A stretch of 63,771 nt of DNA, counting the filler, from Stramenopiles sp. TOSAG23-2 (taxonomy: Eukaryota), in assembly GCA_900128395.1 (NCBI GenBank). It is 24 parts of 24 records of this genome, joined end to end, with 100 filler letters (N's around TTAATTAATTAA, not from the genome) between each part and the next. Parts side by side here need not be neighbours in the genome. Positions count along the whole stretch, not along the records: positions 10,701 to 13,273 come from LT651648.1; positions 13,374 to 15,944 come from LT651649.1; positions 16,045 to 18,614 come from LT651650.1; positions 18,715 to 21,282 come from LT651651.1; positions 21,383 to 23,950 come from LT651652.1; positions 24,051 to 26,616 come from LT651653.1; 18 more parts are not named here. One strand, 5' to 3'. Position 1 is the first letter of the stretch. Each line of letters opens with the position of its first letter. The notes below the pieces were generated by a model that saw nothing but the letters and a program-made list of their open reading frames with translations, did no database searches and was not told the DNA's origin. Of the stretch, positions 12,464 to 25,169 are shown piece by piece. The position numbers and the translations under genes are program-made.

Positions 12464-13696
12464 TGTTATTTAATATATCAATTTTTTTTTATAAATTTAG
12501 TACTAAATTATATTTTAAATGATTAAAAATATATAGATAGAATAATTGTTTTCGTTATGCTTTATGAAAAAAACTGTCCTCGATTCCACTATTGATATGA
12601 ATATATCTATATCTTATATATCTACACTTTCGTTCTGTTTATAATGTATAATCTAATGAATGAATGTTTATGTTCCAATATAATTTATTACTAGAATATA
12701 GTATATATAAGAGCTGGAGAGAGGCCAAATGTAGTATAATAAATTCTTAGACTACTACGACGTAGTAGGAAAACCAGAATATACGTGTATTCTATATTCT
12801 ATACGTCGCTACGCTCCTTGCTCCATTTTAAAAGGAGTGAAGCAGACAGTATAGAGGAGACACCATTAGTGTGAAGGGACCGAGTAGAATACGTGCATAA
12901 TGATATCTCCCTATATTATTAGAATTATTCTAATTATATTTTTCTTGGTGGTGGAAGATTTTGGATGTGGGGTCCGCTTGAACCCTACTCTACAACTCTA
13001 ATATAATGCTATTCCTATGCTAATATTTTCGTTATCAAGAATGAAGGTGCTAAGTACTATACCTACATAGTCTACAGTATGTCGAAATAGTGCAATGGTA
13101 ACGCGAAATATATAATGTGTAGAGTATAATGGTATGTAGATTTCTTCTTCTTTCAATAGTAGTGCAGTAGATAGAATAGATAAAAATATCGATTTTTGTA
13201 CAAGTTTTATTTTTTTATAAAAAAACATACGTTCTGTATGTGTGTAATATTATCTGATTAATGCACATCGATTNNNNNNNNNNNNNNNNNNNNNNNNNNN
13301 NNNNNNNNNNNNNNNNNTTAATTAATTAANNNNNNNNNNNNNNNNNNNNNNNNNNNNNNNNNNNNNNNNNNNNCATATTATTCTTGCGATTGAGTATTGA
13401 GCATATTACTTTAACACGAGAAGTGTAAAATTATTATAACTTAGATTTTAACCAATATTATATTATACTGGGTGGCATGGCTCAAACAACACGTTTATGT
13501 GTAAAAAGTTTTGTCGTGTTTAAACAAAATACGTTCGCCAGTTCGCGGTATATAAAATATTATATATGTATTATATTTTTTAAAATTCAACCAGCAAGAG
13601 CACCAAGAGGGGTACATCATAATATGATCCGTATAATATAATATTTTTCGTATAATTTTTATAATTAAATACATATCACTTTTTACCGCTCTTTCT

Positions 13697-14382
13697 TTAT
13701 TTATTACTTGTTGCATAACTATCAAATAAATCTAATTCTTGATCTATGTCTTTCTCAGTCCATTTAGTCATGGTATTGTTGTTGTTACTACTCGTATCAA
13801 AACGATTACGATTTCTTACCATTTCGCCACCACGTAGAATTTGTTCTTTTAAACCATCATTATACATTTTCATAACAGCTGCATTACTTTTACGACGACG
13901 ATGACGACGTGCATTTGCAATATTATTATTATTATTATTATTATTTCTTTTCTTCTTTTTAATATTTGTACTAAATTTACGTAAAAGACTTTTTGTTTTT
14001 ACATGTTTATTTATAATTGGTGTAAATGTACAATCTGATGGAGCTGCATTTGCTCTACGTTTGCGTCTTTCTTTTGCTTCTAAATATTTTTTCATTTTTG
14101 CATTATAATTTTTATTAAATTGAGATGGTGATATTTTACCATTGTTGGAATACGATTTGTTTTCTTCATCTGAAGAATCGCCATCTTCTACAGCAGAATC
14201 ATTTGATGAATCATCATCATCATCACTGTTATCTTTTCTTCTTTTCCGTTTATTATTATTATTGTTAATACGCCGATTTTTATTATTCCATGCGCACGTT
14301 TTATTGATCCATCTTTAAATAAACGATTAAATATTTCTGGTTCATTATTTGCTATTGGTGGCGGCAATGGTAGCAATGACAT
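13697..14382 (-). CDS. Hypothetical Asn/Asp-rich protein with an apparent 2-nt frameshift near 14293
   Basis: ORF from ATG 14382 (IFNRLFKDG) continues in another frame (WNNKNRR..DDDDSS..MKKYLEAK..CTFTPIINK) to stop 13697. Confidence 0.55.
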
Positions 14383-14635
14383 GTGCTGTTGCTTATATAT
14401 ATATATGTGTATATATATTATTTGAACGGATGAAAATCAATTTTTTTTTTAATTTTTTTCACACACACACACACACACACTATATTATTCACAATGTATC
14501 TATCTTCTCCAATGACTTTCTACTCACTTTCTTCTTTTTTTTTTTGTTCTACTTTTGTTTTCTATTATTATTCTAAATCTTACAACCTTTTTGGACACAA
14601 CAATCTCTACAGCTATGCAGAGATGCGCACACATA

Positions 14636-14762
14636 CAGTAAATATATATATCCTATGTATGTGTGTGTAACGAATGAACTTATATAAATATATATCCAAT
14701 GTATGTGTGTGTAACGAATGAACTTATATAAATATATATCCATGTATGTGTGTGTAACGAAT
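14636..14762. repeat. ~44-bp tandem repeat, about 3 copies
   Basis: ATGTATGTGTGTGTAACGAATGAACTTATATAAATATATATCC repeated. Confidence 0.8.
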
Positions 14763-14895
14763 TAGAATGGGTATTTTTGCGAGTGGTTTATTAGCAGGCA
14801 CACACGCCTGGCACGATGAACGATGAAAGTAGAAAAAAAAGTTGCGAAAACTTGCACACCTCCCTTCCATGTGCATATAGTATAAGGAAATTTAA

Positions 14896-15144
14896 ACATG
14901 TAGTTGGGGCCAAAGTTAGTGCTATTCGTATTCTAAACCTGGACATTTTGGAACAAAAACATATTTTATACTTATTAATATATATAAATATAAGTTTTAT
15001 CTGCTATCAATATGATTTATGCGGATATTTCTATCATATATTTTTATACTTTCATTTATTTTTTGGAATTTCGGATATGCTACCAATAATCGATACAATA
15101 TTTAGCATACGAATAGCATTAACTTTGGCCCCCCAACTACATGT
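14896..15144. mobile_element. TTAA-flanked MITE (piggyBac-like target) with ~42-bp TIRs
   Basis: TTAA|ACATGTAGTTGGGGCCAAAGTTAGTGCTATTCGTATTCTAAA ... TTTAGCATACGAATAGCATTAACTTTGGCCCCCCAACTACATGT|TTAA. Confidence 0.85.
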
Positions 15145-16044
15145 TTAACGCTCAACTCTACAATTTTCCCCTATAATTTGATTAGCAGGCACACACGATT
15201 TAGATAAACGATGAAAGTACATACATGTAGAATAAAAAAGTTGCGAATATAATATCACACACCTTAAACTACTCAGGAAACCCTGCTGTGCTATTCGTAT
15301 ATAAGCTACCAGCTGCCATAATGTATATACCTTAAACAACTCACACTCATAAAAAATTTTTCGATATTTTTTTATCGGTTTTATCGCTTTTATCGCCTTC
15401 CTTGTTTGGCGTTTCACAAGGACAACGTCACGAATAATTAGTATACAAATAGCATTGAATGGGCCGAGAAACACATTCTCGCAAATAGTAAAAGTGCAAA
15501 AACATATATATATAGATAGATAGAAAAGAGATATTAGCAAATAGATTTATACAAAGTGAACAAAAGATTTATATATATATATATTTATTTATGAAAGAGC
15601 TCTATCCCTCATTTTCTTTTTCTCTCTCTCTTATTATATAAACACACTTTTTGTTTCACATGTGTGCCCTGTTTAGTATTTGTAATACTGTTGTTTTTTT
15701 ACGGTAGGTGTGAGTTTTCTTTCTTAATTTACTCATGATAATTCATACTCTCCAACAAGGAATTTCCTTTATACTAATATTAAAATTAAACAGGTTCTAT
15801 ATTGGAGCAGCAGTTAAACGTGAATTGTGCAATTTGTAATTATTACTACTACTGATGATTACGGTTTATTATTTCTGCATTTCCAGGTTGTATTGCAGCA
15901 GGTCCAATCTCTTCTACCACTGGAATTTCTGGTATTATTCCTTGNNNNNNNNNNNNNNNNNNNNNNNNNNNNNNNNNNNNNNNNNNNNTTAATTAATTAA
16001 NNNNNNNNNNNNNNNNNNNNNNNNNNNNNNNNNNNNNNNNNNNN

Positions 16045-16775
16045 GAAATTACGTATCTCTTGAAAAAAATCAAATTAATTTTGGCAACATTGAAGCATTT
16101 CGTTTAACTGTTGAAGAACCATCAAAAGAATTATTTGAATTGTTAAAAGATCACACAACATTTTCAATTGGAAGGGGTTCCCATTCACCAGCATATTTCA
16201 TGAATTATCATAGTGGTGGTATTAATTTCATTGTTTTACATTATAAACAACATCCAACACCTGAAAATTTATGGGGCAGATCCGTAGAAAAACAAGAGAT
16301 TGTAGATATGGCACGACGAACTGGCATGACATGGACCGCAAATGTATTGGAAAAAGAAACATCCTGTTCAAACATGAAAGCATTTGATACATATCATGTG
16401 GATGCCATTCCATGGCAAAATTCACACGATCAAGGTAATATTGCTATTATTGGTGATGCTGCACATGGATATGGTCCATTGACTGGACGAATGTGCAATT
16501 TAGCAATTAATGATGCATTTACATTAGGAACATGTTTAAATAATTCATGTAACATCGAAACAAATAGATATGATGTCAAGTCAGCATTGGGAAAATTTGA
16601 AGAAATTCAGCGACCAAAATTTAATATGGTAAGAGCTCAAACATATCGTCATTTAGAAAAATATATGCCAAATAATACAGAGGAATTTTTAAATTCATTT
16701 CTAAAAGAAGGTGGTCCAATGGAAGGAATGCAAGAATTAGGTAAGATTATGGGATATCGGATTTCAAAATTGTAA
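16045..16775 (+). CDS. FAD-dependent monooxygenase, C-terminal part
   Basis: IAIIGDAAHGYGPLTGRMCNLAINDAFTL (GD fingerprint); frame open from contig start. Confidence 0.88.
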
Positions 16776-16960
16776 AAAAATTTATTCTCTTTTATCAAAA
16801 TTATAATTTTAAAATAAAAAATCAGTAAGATTTTAACCATAAAATAAAATTGATTTTATTTTTAAATACTCCATGTACTCCACACATATAAATATATTGA
16901 CTATTGACACTATTTGAGAATTAAAATCAATGATGGCGGGATAAAGTAAATTATAACCAA

Positions 16961-18361
16961 CTAACTTGCAAAACTATTACTTCCAACAACGATTTGTTTT
17001 GGCTTGTTTGGTGAAATTTTCAATGATGTCTCTTCATTTCCAGCAAACAAGTTATTACTAATAATTGCTTGTTGGATATTATCCGAGATTAATATTGCTA
17101 ATTTATTTTGATGAAATACATTACCAGTTGCAATAATTTTACCTCCCATGATATCAATAGCAGATAAATCTTTGTCACCTGGCTCTTCTGCCCATTCAAC
17201 AAATTGACAATCTGCAAATGTGATTGTACCAGTTCCTTCAATACGTGCAATGGAACTACTTGGTCCCCAAAATGCTGAGTTAACAAATTTCACTGGGCCA
17301 GTATTTGTTTTTGATACTACAACTTGTGAGGAATGTGTTAAATTTTTATAAAGCTTAGGTTCCCATTGCGAATTTGAAAATGCAGTAAATTCTCCATTCG
17401 TAATTAATATTCCAGCAGCTTGCGATGCATCTACTAATACAGATGCATTTGTCATTAAATCTGCACCTATACCGAGAAAATTACCATTCATATCACCTGT
17501 AGATGTATGTATAAAATGATATCCGACTGCATATCCGAAGGCAAAGGTATTAAATACATATTCCCAATCTGATCTTCCAATTACAAATGCACGACCATAT
17601 AATAATTGGTATTCAATAAATGGTTGTGCATCGGAAAACCATGGATTGAAATGAACATCTTCCACTCTACCAATGTCGTACGTTGCATCGATGAATATCC
17701 CTATATTTATTGGTTGCCCTTGTACTCTTGCAATATAATGTCTCCCTGCCAATGTGGCATTAATACCGTTCCAAGAATTTAATATTTCAACATCAGTTAC
17801 TGCTGGGTTATTACCATGCATCATGATTGACCATGGATATGGAACAGGTGTAGCAACTTGCTCTTGTTCTTTGTGATAAATAACAACACCTGTTAATCCA
17901 GCATTTCCTGTTAACTCAATGAAATATAAACTTGGATCTGTATCCCCGCGTCCACCAATCGGCATTAAGATCGTGCCATCGTTTAACATAAGTGAGTGGG
18001 AATGTGACGGCACGTCGGAGAATGAGCCTTGCAAAGTCACTCCACTTGGTATTTGTATTGATGATTTAAATACATATAATCCACTTGGTGCATATACAAC
18101 TTTAGTTTTACCTCTTGATGCGGCTGTAATGGCAGCTTGAAACGCGGCGGTACAATCGGTTGCGTTATCAGCAACAGCACCATAATCAAGAACCGATATG
18201 AAAGGCGACGCATCTTGTCTAATTATTTTTCGTGGCATCTTTCTTAAAAATTCATTTTTCTCCATAGAATGCATTTTTATTTTCAACGAAGCGACTATTG
18301 TTGGTGTACTGCTTATTACAAGCAGTAGTAGTAACGTCAATACAAAACTTCTATATTCCAT
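16961..18361 (-). CDS. Secreted pectate-lyase-superfamily (Pectate_lyase_3 / GH55-like) beta-helix protein
   Basis: Signal peptide; SVLDYGAVADNATDCTAAFQAAI...VYAPSGLY motif. Confidence 0.85.
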   Translation of the reverse strand: MEYRSFVLTLLLLLVISSTPTIVASLKIKMHSMEKNEFLRKMPRKIIRQDASPFISVLDYGAVADNATDCTAAFQAAITAASRGKTKVVYAPSGLYVFKSSIQIPSGVTLQGSFSDVPSHSHSLMLNDGTILMPIGGRGDTDPSLYFIELTGNAGLTGVVIYHKEQEQVATPVPYPWSIMMHGNNPAVTDVEILNSWNGINATLAGRHYIARVQGQPINIGIFIDATYDIGRVEDVHFNPWFSDAQPFIEYQLLYGRAFVIGRSDWEYVFNTFAFGYAVGYHFIHTSTGDMNGNFLGIGADLMTNASVLVDASQAAGILITNGEFTAFSNSQWEPKLYKNLTHSSQVVVSKTNTGPVKFVNSAFWGPSSSIARIEGTGTITFADCQFVEWAEEPGDKDLSAIDIMGGKIIATGNVFHQNKLAILISDNIQQAIISNNLFAGNEETSLKISPNKPKQIVVGSNSFAS

Positions 18362-18714
18362 TTTTTTTAAATATAAAATGATCTGACACAGGTAGTTATA
18401 ATTTGTCTTTATTATTTATTTCACAATATGTGTTTCTGTTTCTATTATTATACCAGGTATTATTTTCTATATCTATTGTTCCGTATTATCTTGATGCGTA
18501 TCTTTTGGGCTTTTTTAGAAAAAGATAAACACCTCTCGTAGACAATGCTGTGTCGATGGATTCTAGCATAGAACTACGCTTAAAACCAATAGCATAGACA
18601 CAGGGGGTGTTATANNNNNNNNNNNNNNNNNNNNNNNNNNNNNNNNNNNNNNNNNNNNTTAATTAATTAANNNNNNNNNNNNNNNNNNNNNNNNNNNNNN
18701 NNNNNNNNNNNNNN

Positions 18715-21282
18715 ATTGGTGATCAATACGAAATGTATGATGGTAGATATGTTGATTGGCAGGAAAACTTCAACCAAAGTGATGTTTCCACAATTAAGGC
18801 ACCACCTTTAATAAATTTTGGCATTAAACCATCTGAAATAGAAATATATTCTAGTGCTCAAGCAGCTATGAATTATATTGTGCGATTTTTTAATATCAAT
18901 TTATGCATAGGATGTCGCAAATCTGATTTATCAATTGTGTTAAAAGCACAAAAGGATAGATTAGAGAGAGTGAGTCCTAAAAAATTAAAAACGTTAAAAA
19001 AATCAAATATTTCAACATTGAATTGTTTTGTATCAAAAACTGTAAAAGATAGTAGTATTAGAGTACTTGGTGGTACTACAAGCACTAAACTATCCCCTGA
19101 GACCAGTCTCATGTATACTGAGTACAAGAACAACAATGGGTTATTGTCATCATCCTCATCTTCATTGCTACCATCATGCTCAAAATGGTCCATACGGCCA
19201 AATACTTGCAAAATTACTGTAGACAAAAATGGTACATGCTGTGATATATGCAACACAATACAAAAACGTTATTTGAAAGACTCAAATGAACGCCGCATAA
19301 AATCAAAAAGTGAAATATTAGAAGCACAAAAGAAGAAGAAAAAGGTGCTTCAAGAAAAATTGAGAAACCTCAAGAAAAAGTACAAACGCCTGGAGAATAA
19401 ATATGATGAGTTGACAGCAATACTAAATATATCAAAAGAAAGATCAAAACAATTAAGCACAGATGTTCAAGATTTAATAGCAAATGATACCAGTTCATTA
19501 GATAAAATTATTGCTTCAGAAGACAAAGATGCAGATGATGAAAATACAAATCATGCACTAGATGCACGAATTGAAATTATTGATGATGCTGCAAGCATAT
19601 TAATGGCACAAATCAAACATAGTGATTTAGAACAATTAGCAGATGCAGGGTATATATCAAAAAATACAAAAAACATTGAAATGGCAGCTGCATTGCTTAC
19701 ACATCAGGCAGATATGTATAAGCGGGCAAAAGATCAAAAGTCAAAAAAAGGAATACGATATTCAGACAAAGTATTTGCATTTGCAGTTGCTATAGAACGG
19801 ACATCACCAAATGCATATGAAATGTTACGATCAGTAATGACACTGCCAACGCGCGGGCAGTTACGTCGACAGCAATTTAGAGCACCATCAACAGATGGGG
19901 TTCGAGATGAGGATGTTGTTTTGCTAGAGCAACAATTAAAAAGGTTAGGTGGATTTAATAATTTTCATTTTTATAAATATAAAAATAAAAAATTATTACT
20001 TCTATCTGCCTCTCTAGATGCTATGGTTTGCCGAACTGGAGTATACTATGACTCCAATACTGATAAAATAGTTGGTTTTTGTGGGGAAGAAGTAATGAAT
20101 TTAAAGACAGTGGTGGAAGGATTCAATCACCATTATCTTGGCCACAAAGATTTGGCACGATATTGCAGTGTATTGATGGTTTCATCAACTGGTGGTGCAG
20201 AGAAATATACATTTCCGCTTGGTTCTTGGTGCACAAATACTATCACTGCAACCATGAATATTAGTTTTGTTATTGATGCAGTATTAAAACTAGCATTGTT
20301 TGACATGGTTTTTATCACTTTAGCTTGTGATGGTGCATCAGAAAATCGACTGATGATTAAACAATTAGCAACTGTTTCTGTCAAAGAAGTGTTAGATAAG
20401 ATGAATGAAAAGAATATTCAAAACCCTGCTTTAGCAAATGTTATCATGTCAAAGAGAGAAGAATACAAGGTTGCTTGCAACCACCCGTATTTTGATGGTA
20501 TTTTAATATTTTTTCTTAGTGATCCACCACACTTATTGAAAAAGTTAGCAGGAGCATTATTGAAAAGTAGTAATAGTAATAGAAGCAAAGCAATAAAACG
20601 AAATATGGTATACAATAATAAATATATAGATATAAATTATATAAGAAATATTTATACCAGCGATAAAAAAACCTCACAGTTACGATGTGGGTACAAATTA
20701 GATCCCAAGGCAATATGGCCCACCCCATGGAGCCGGATGCGTGTGTTTTTAGCATATCAATTATTTTCAACAGGATTGATAAATCGGATGACAGATGAAA
20801 TGAATACCAAGAACTGTCCAGAATATCAATCATTGATAGATTATATGTCAAACATTAATGGAATGTGGCATATTCTAAATTCTCGTGAGCCTGTTAAACA
20901 TCTATCACCAAAATGGCAGCAATTAGCAACACATGTCGATTGGTTTAATTCTTGGTTGCAGGCATGCGAAAAACCTGGGCCTGGCTTAACTAATGGTGGT
21001 CATAAAAAAAATGATAAGCCGCAATTTATACCATATCAGAGTTGGATTGATACACAATTAACTTGTACCTCATTGTCACTTGTTGTGTCATATTATTATC
21101 CAGCAGATCTACCAGAGAAAAAGCAACCAGTTATGCTAACATTCAGCCAGGATTGTGTGGAGAATTTATTTTCGAAGACACGTCAAGGAAACGGATCGAA
21201 CGATACTGCTACAGACCCAAATTCTTTTCGTCAAAGCCTGCAATATATAAGAAATGGCGGCTCTATATCTCAAAATAAATCA
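18715..21282 (+). mobile_element. P-element/THAP9-type transposase, uninterrupted ORF truncated at both contig ends
   Basis: SPNAYEMLRSVMTLP, SLDAM, CDGASEN, SDPPHLLKK, MRVFLAYQLFS, SQDCVENLFSKTR. Confidence 0.92.
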
Positions 21283-21399
21283 NNNNNNNNNNNNNNNNNN
21301 NNNNNNNNNNNNNNNNNNNNNNNNNNTTAATTAATTAANNNNNNNNNNNNNNNNNNNNNNNNNNNNNNNNNNNNNNNNNNNNAAGTTTATAAATTTTGC

Positions 21400-21580
21400 G
21401 GGCACATTTCAGGGCACATTAGGGCACATTTCAGGGCACATTTCAGGGCACATTTGATTTCAGGCCTGTGTCCTTGTTGGGCTTGCTAGAAATGTGCCCT
21501 GAAATGTGCCCTAATGCTATGTCCATGGTAAAATGTGCCCTGAAAAATTTTTCAGGGCACATTTTACCATGGACACAGCA
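21400..21580. repeat. Cluster of direct and inverted CAGGGCACATTT 12-mers including a 56-bp perfect palindrome (21520-21575)
   Basis: TGTCCATGGTAAAATGTGCCCTGAAAAA|TTTTTCAGGGCACATTTTACCATGGACA. Confidence 0.88.
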
Positions 21581-21983
21581 TCGGGAAAAAACCCCTTTTA
21601 GCTTAAACGAGCCCGTCCAGTTCGACGGTAATTCTTTAATACTGTGCTCCTCGTATTATACTGTATCGTCCTATACAGTATAATATAAGCTATCGTCCTG
21701 TCAGACTCTTTCATTTTCATACTACATCACATTACCTGGTAACATGCCCAGCATGCTGAAAGCAGAGAGAAAGGTCTTTCTTTGAAAGAGTCTGACGACG
21801 CAGACTAAGAGAAAGGCACTCCATATTTTATTATACCTTAAATTCAACAGATTCTCTCTGTGGTCTTCCATCAGGATATTCTTCTTCAATACCGTACAGT
21901 CCTGTATGAATTCAACATAGAGTATTATATATATCCTCGTATATTACCAGGTATTATATATTTTAATTATATATTTAATATAT

Positions 21984-23611
21984 TCATATATTATTATCAT
22001 TATCACTAGTAGTATCATAACTACCTTTTTCTTCTTCTTGCATTACAGTAATCAATTCAATGCATTCACCTTCTCCATCGATGTCATTATTATTATCATT
22101 ATTGTCGTCTATATTATTATTATTATTTTGTATTTTATTTTTTTTCAAGTAATTTAAATTTAAATTAGGATTCAATTTTCTTGTATGTTCATAATCAAAA
22201 TTCCATATTAATTTACTTTTACATAATGGACAACAGCAGTGATCTATATAATTTGATTCCATTAAAAACCAATTTTCGATACATAAAGAACAATATGTAT
22301 GATCACATAATAAAGTTCGAACATATTTACCAGCTAATGATTCTAAACATATAGAACAACTTCCTTTGTTTTTCATTTGCAACTTATCTTTTTCATGATT
22401 CATATAATATTTCGGCATATTTTCGTCAATCATTGCCAAATCTATTTTCAATAATTCTATTTTTGGTTGTCTCCTCCTTCCACTCCGATTACTACTTTGT
22501 CGATAATTATATTGTTCATATTTACAAAAATAAATAATTCGAATATACTTACTTGTCAATAATTTATTTAAAGTATGCCATGATAGCATAACATTTAATC
22601 CAACAATAAAACTACCAACAAAAACTAAATCATTTCTATTTTGTGTTTTACAAGTCGATGTTTCATTAATACTTTCACTAATTCCATAAAGTAAACAAAT
22701 TGTGCTCATGATATGAATGAATGTTAAACTAAAATTTGTTATCGGAATATTATTACTGTTATTGTTATTGTTTCTTCTTCCATTCTTAATAACTAATTTC
22801 ATTACTAAATACGAATTCAATATTAAAAATAGTATAAAAGTAACAAAAGCAAGTATTGGTGGTGCACATTCTACAAATAAGATCACGATTATCAATGATA
22901 TTATAAAGATACATACAATTAAGAATTTGTAACATTTCATAAATTGTTGCAATTCACAAAATCTAGAATATCTTCTTATTGATTCTTCTTGTTGCTGTTG
23001 TCGCTGCTGCAGCTGTTGTTCAGTGATCACAACATTACTATTATCATTGTCATTATCAGATACATCTTGGTTTTTATACCATATAAAACCTTGTAATATG
23101 CTATTTGTAAATACATTAACTATAATCGACGGGACAGTGAAATGATTAATCAATATATAAGATTGTTTTTCTAGAGAAAGGATGTAAAAATTTTTTGACT
23201 TTTCCACATTTTTCCCGTATAAAAAAACAAAATTATCGCTAGAGATAATCAAACCAACAAATATAAATGCAATAATTGGCAAATGAATCACAGTTGAAAT
23301 TAAATTGACGTCTTTACTTTTTTGACAAAATTTCCTAGNNNNNNNNNNNNNNNNNNNNNNNNNNNNNNNNNNNNNNNNNNNNNNNNNNNNNNNNNNNNNN
23401 NNNNTTTCCTACAATTAATAACTTGATATGTTAACAACATAAGAATTACAGTTAAGAACGCGAAAAAGATTGATAAATTAAAAAAAACTAGTAATTCACA
23501 CTCATTATACACATTACCACGACAGTTTGAACCTTCAAAACAAGTTTGCATCTCAGGTGGTGGGCATCCTTCCATCCCACCAGTTAATAGTCTACTGCTA
23601 ACATTATACAT
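21984..23611 (-). CDS. Multi-pass membrane RING-finger E3 ubiquitin ligase
   Basis: Several TM segments and CSICLESL...CDHTYCSLCIENW...CPLCK; the 23339-23404 gap looks like a false gap because TAGGAAA overlaps both sides (VINCRK|FCQKSKD). Confidence 0.8.
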
Positions 23612-23812
23612 GGTTCTAGGATCGTTGATGGAGTGTATGTGAGTTTTTTTGCTATTCAAGGCAATGCCACGAGATCCACAATAATTGGAGATATCGTTGA
23701 TTATTGCTTCCAGGTGTTGTTTGTTATGGGAGACTATGCATATATCATCTGCAAACGCTCGTATTGTGACTGTTAGTTGTTGATTATTGTATCTTGGTAT
23801 ATAATTGTTGTT
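23612..23812 (-). mobile_element. Non-LTR retrotransposon reverse transcriptase fragment
   Basis: Translates VTIRAFADDICIVSHNKQHLEAIINDISNYCGSRGIALNSKKTH, matching the (Y/F)ADD and GxxxNxxKT motifs of LINE RTs. Confidence 0.82.
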
Positions 23813-24608
23813 CTATGAATATAGTTATAGGTGCAAGCTGGGCGCTGGGCAAGCTGGGCGCTGGCCCTGGGCTGGGCAAGCCCAGTCTGTGCATTAATTA
23901 CTTCCGATAAATTTAGCGCTACACAGCACTAAAAACAAGATTTCAGGTGANNNNNNNNNNNNNNNNNNNNNNNNNNNNNNNNNNNNNNNNNNNNTTAATT
24001 AATTAANNNNNNNNNNNNNNNNNNNNNNNNNNNNNNNNNNNNNNNNNNNNGATTGTATTGAAATAGATATATTGTTACATTTTTCTTATCTTTGTGTGTG
24101 TGTGTGTGTGTATGTGTGTGTATTTGAAAGTATTCTTTAGTCAATTCATTTATTGAAAAAAAAACAAAAACTCATCATCATATAATTAAAAAAGTTAACG
24201 GTCCAACTACATGAGAATAGCGTTGCAATACAATTGGCATTTAGATATTAAAATACTTCATCATCATATATTAATAGGTATAGTACCAAGTATTATTCCA
24301 ACGTAATATAATGGAATATAATAGACGCACTTCCTTCTTGAAAAAGAAGAAGTGAAAAAAAAGTCTGTAAGATGAACTTCGCTAAGGTTTTATTTTTCCA
24401 TGGTTTAATAATTATAGTCTAAAAAGTACGATTTACTATATATCATAATTTATGCGATTTAGATATAAACAACAACAAAAAATAATAAAAAAGCTGCAAA
24501 TTTCAAAGAAATAATAATTGATAAAATATAAAAACACACGCAATGAAAAATACAAAGGAGAAAATGTAATAATAGAAGAAGAAACGAAATAGGAACCAAT
24601 AAACAGAC

Positions 24609-25169
24609 ATGAATAACAGCAGCAATCCAAATACAAGGTTGTTAGATGCAAAGAATACATCAGTGAATAAGACATATGACAATGAGGATCTGAATAATTA
24701 TGTAGATAATAGAATAATAATTACATTAAAACCAATTGGACAAACAGCTTTGAATGGTTTATCAAGTTCATATGACCCATCGTTTCCTGCGGAACTGGAA
24801 GGTTTGGTGCCGAAACATATTTTTGAGAGAGACATGGAACGATTCAATCATCGTTTGACTGATTATTGGCCTTGTCCATGCTGTTTTGGATTTGGATATG
24901 CTTGTCTTGTATGTACTTTAGGTTTATCATGGTATTTTCCATCCATGTGTGTCTCGTCTGCTGAAAAATTTGCTGTCCAATATTTTGATGAACAAGCCAA
25001 TAGCAGAACGGAGTATTATGACATTAAATTAAACTTTAAATTGAAAAAAAAGTGTTGTAGCTCATGGGTTGAAGTTTCTTTTGTACCACCTGGATCAACA
25101 AAAGTCGATCTTTTTTATGATCGTGGGAATAGTAAAATGGATCCACATAATGGTAATGATGCAGTGTAA
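24609..25169 (+). CDS. Golgin A7/ERF4-family palmitoyltransferase cofactor-like protein
   Basis: YDPSFPAELEGLVP...FERDMERFN and Cys-rich CPCCFGFGYACLVCTLGLS. Confidence 0.75.
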   Translation: MNNSSNPNTRLLDAKNTSVNKTYDNEDLNNYVDNRIIITLKPIGQTALNGLSSSYDPSFPAELEGLVPKHIFERDMERFNHRLTDYWPCPCCFGFGYACLVCTLGLSWYFPSMCVSSAEKFAVQYFDEQANSRTEYYDIKLNFKLKKKCCSSWVEVSFVPPGSTKVDLFYDRGNSKMDPHNGNDAV

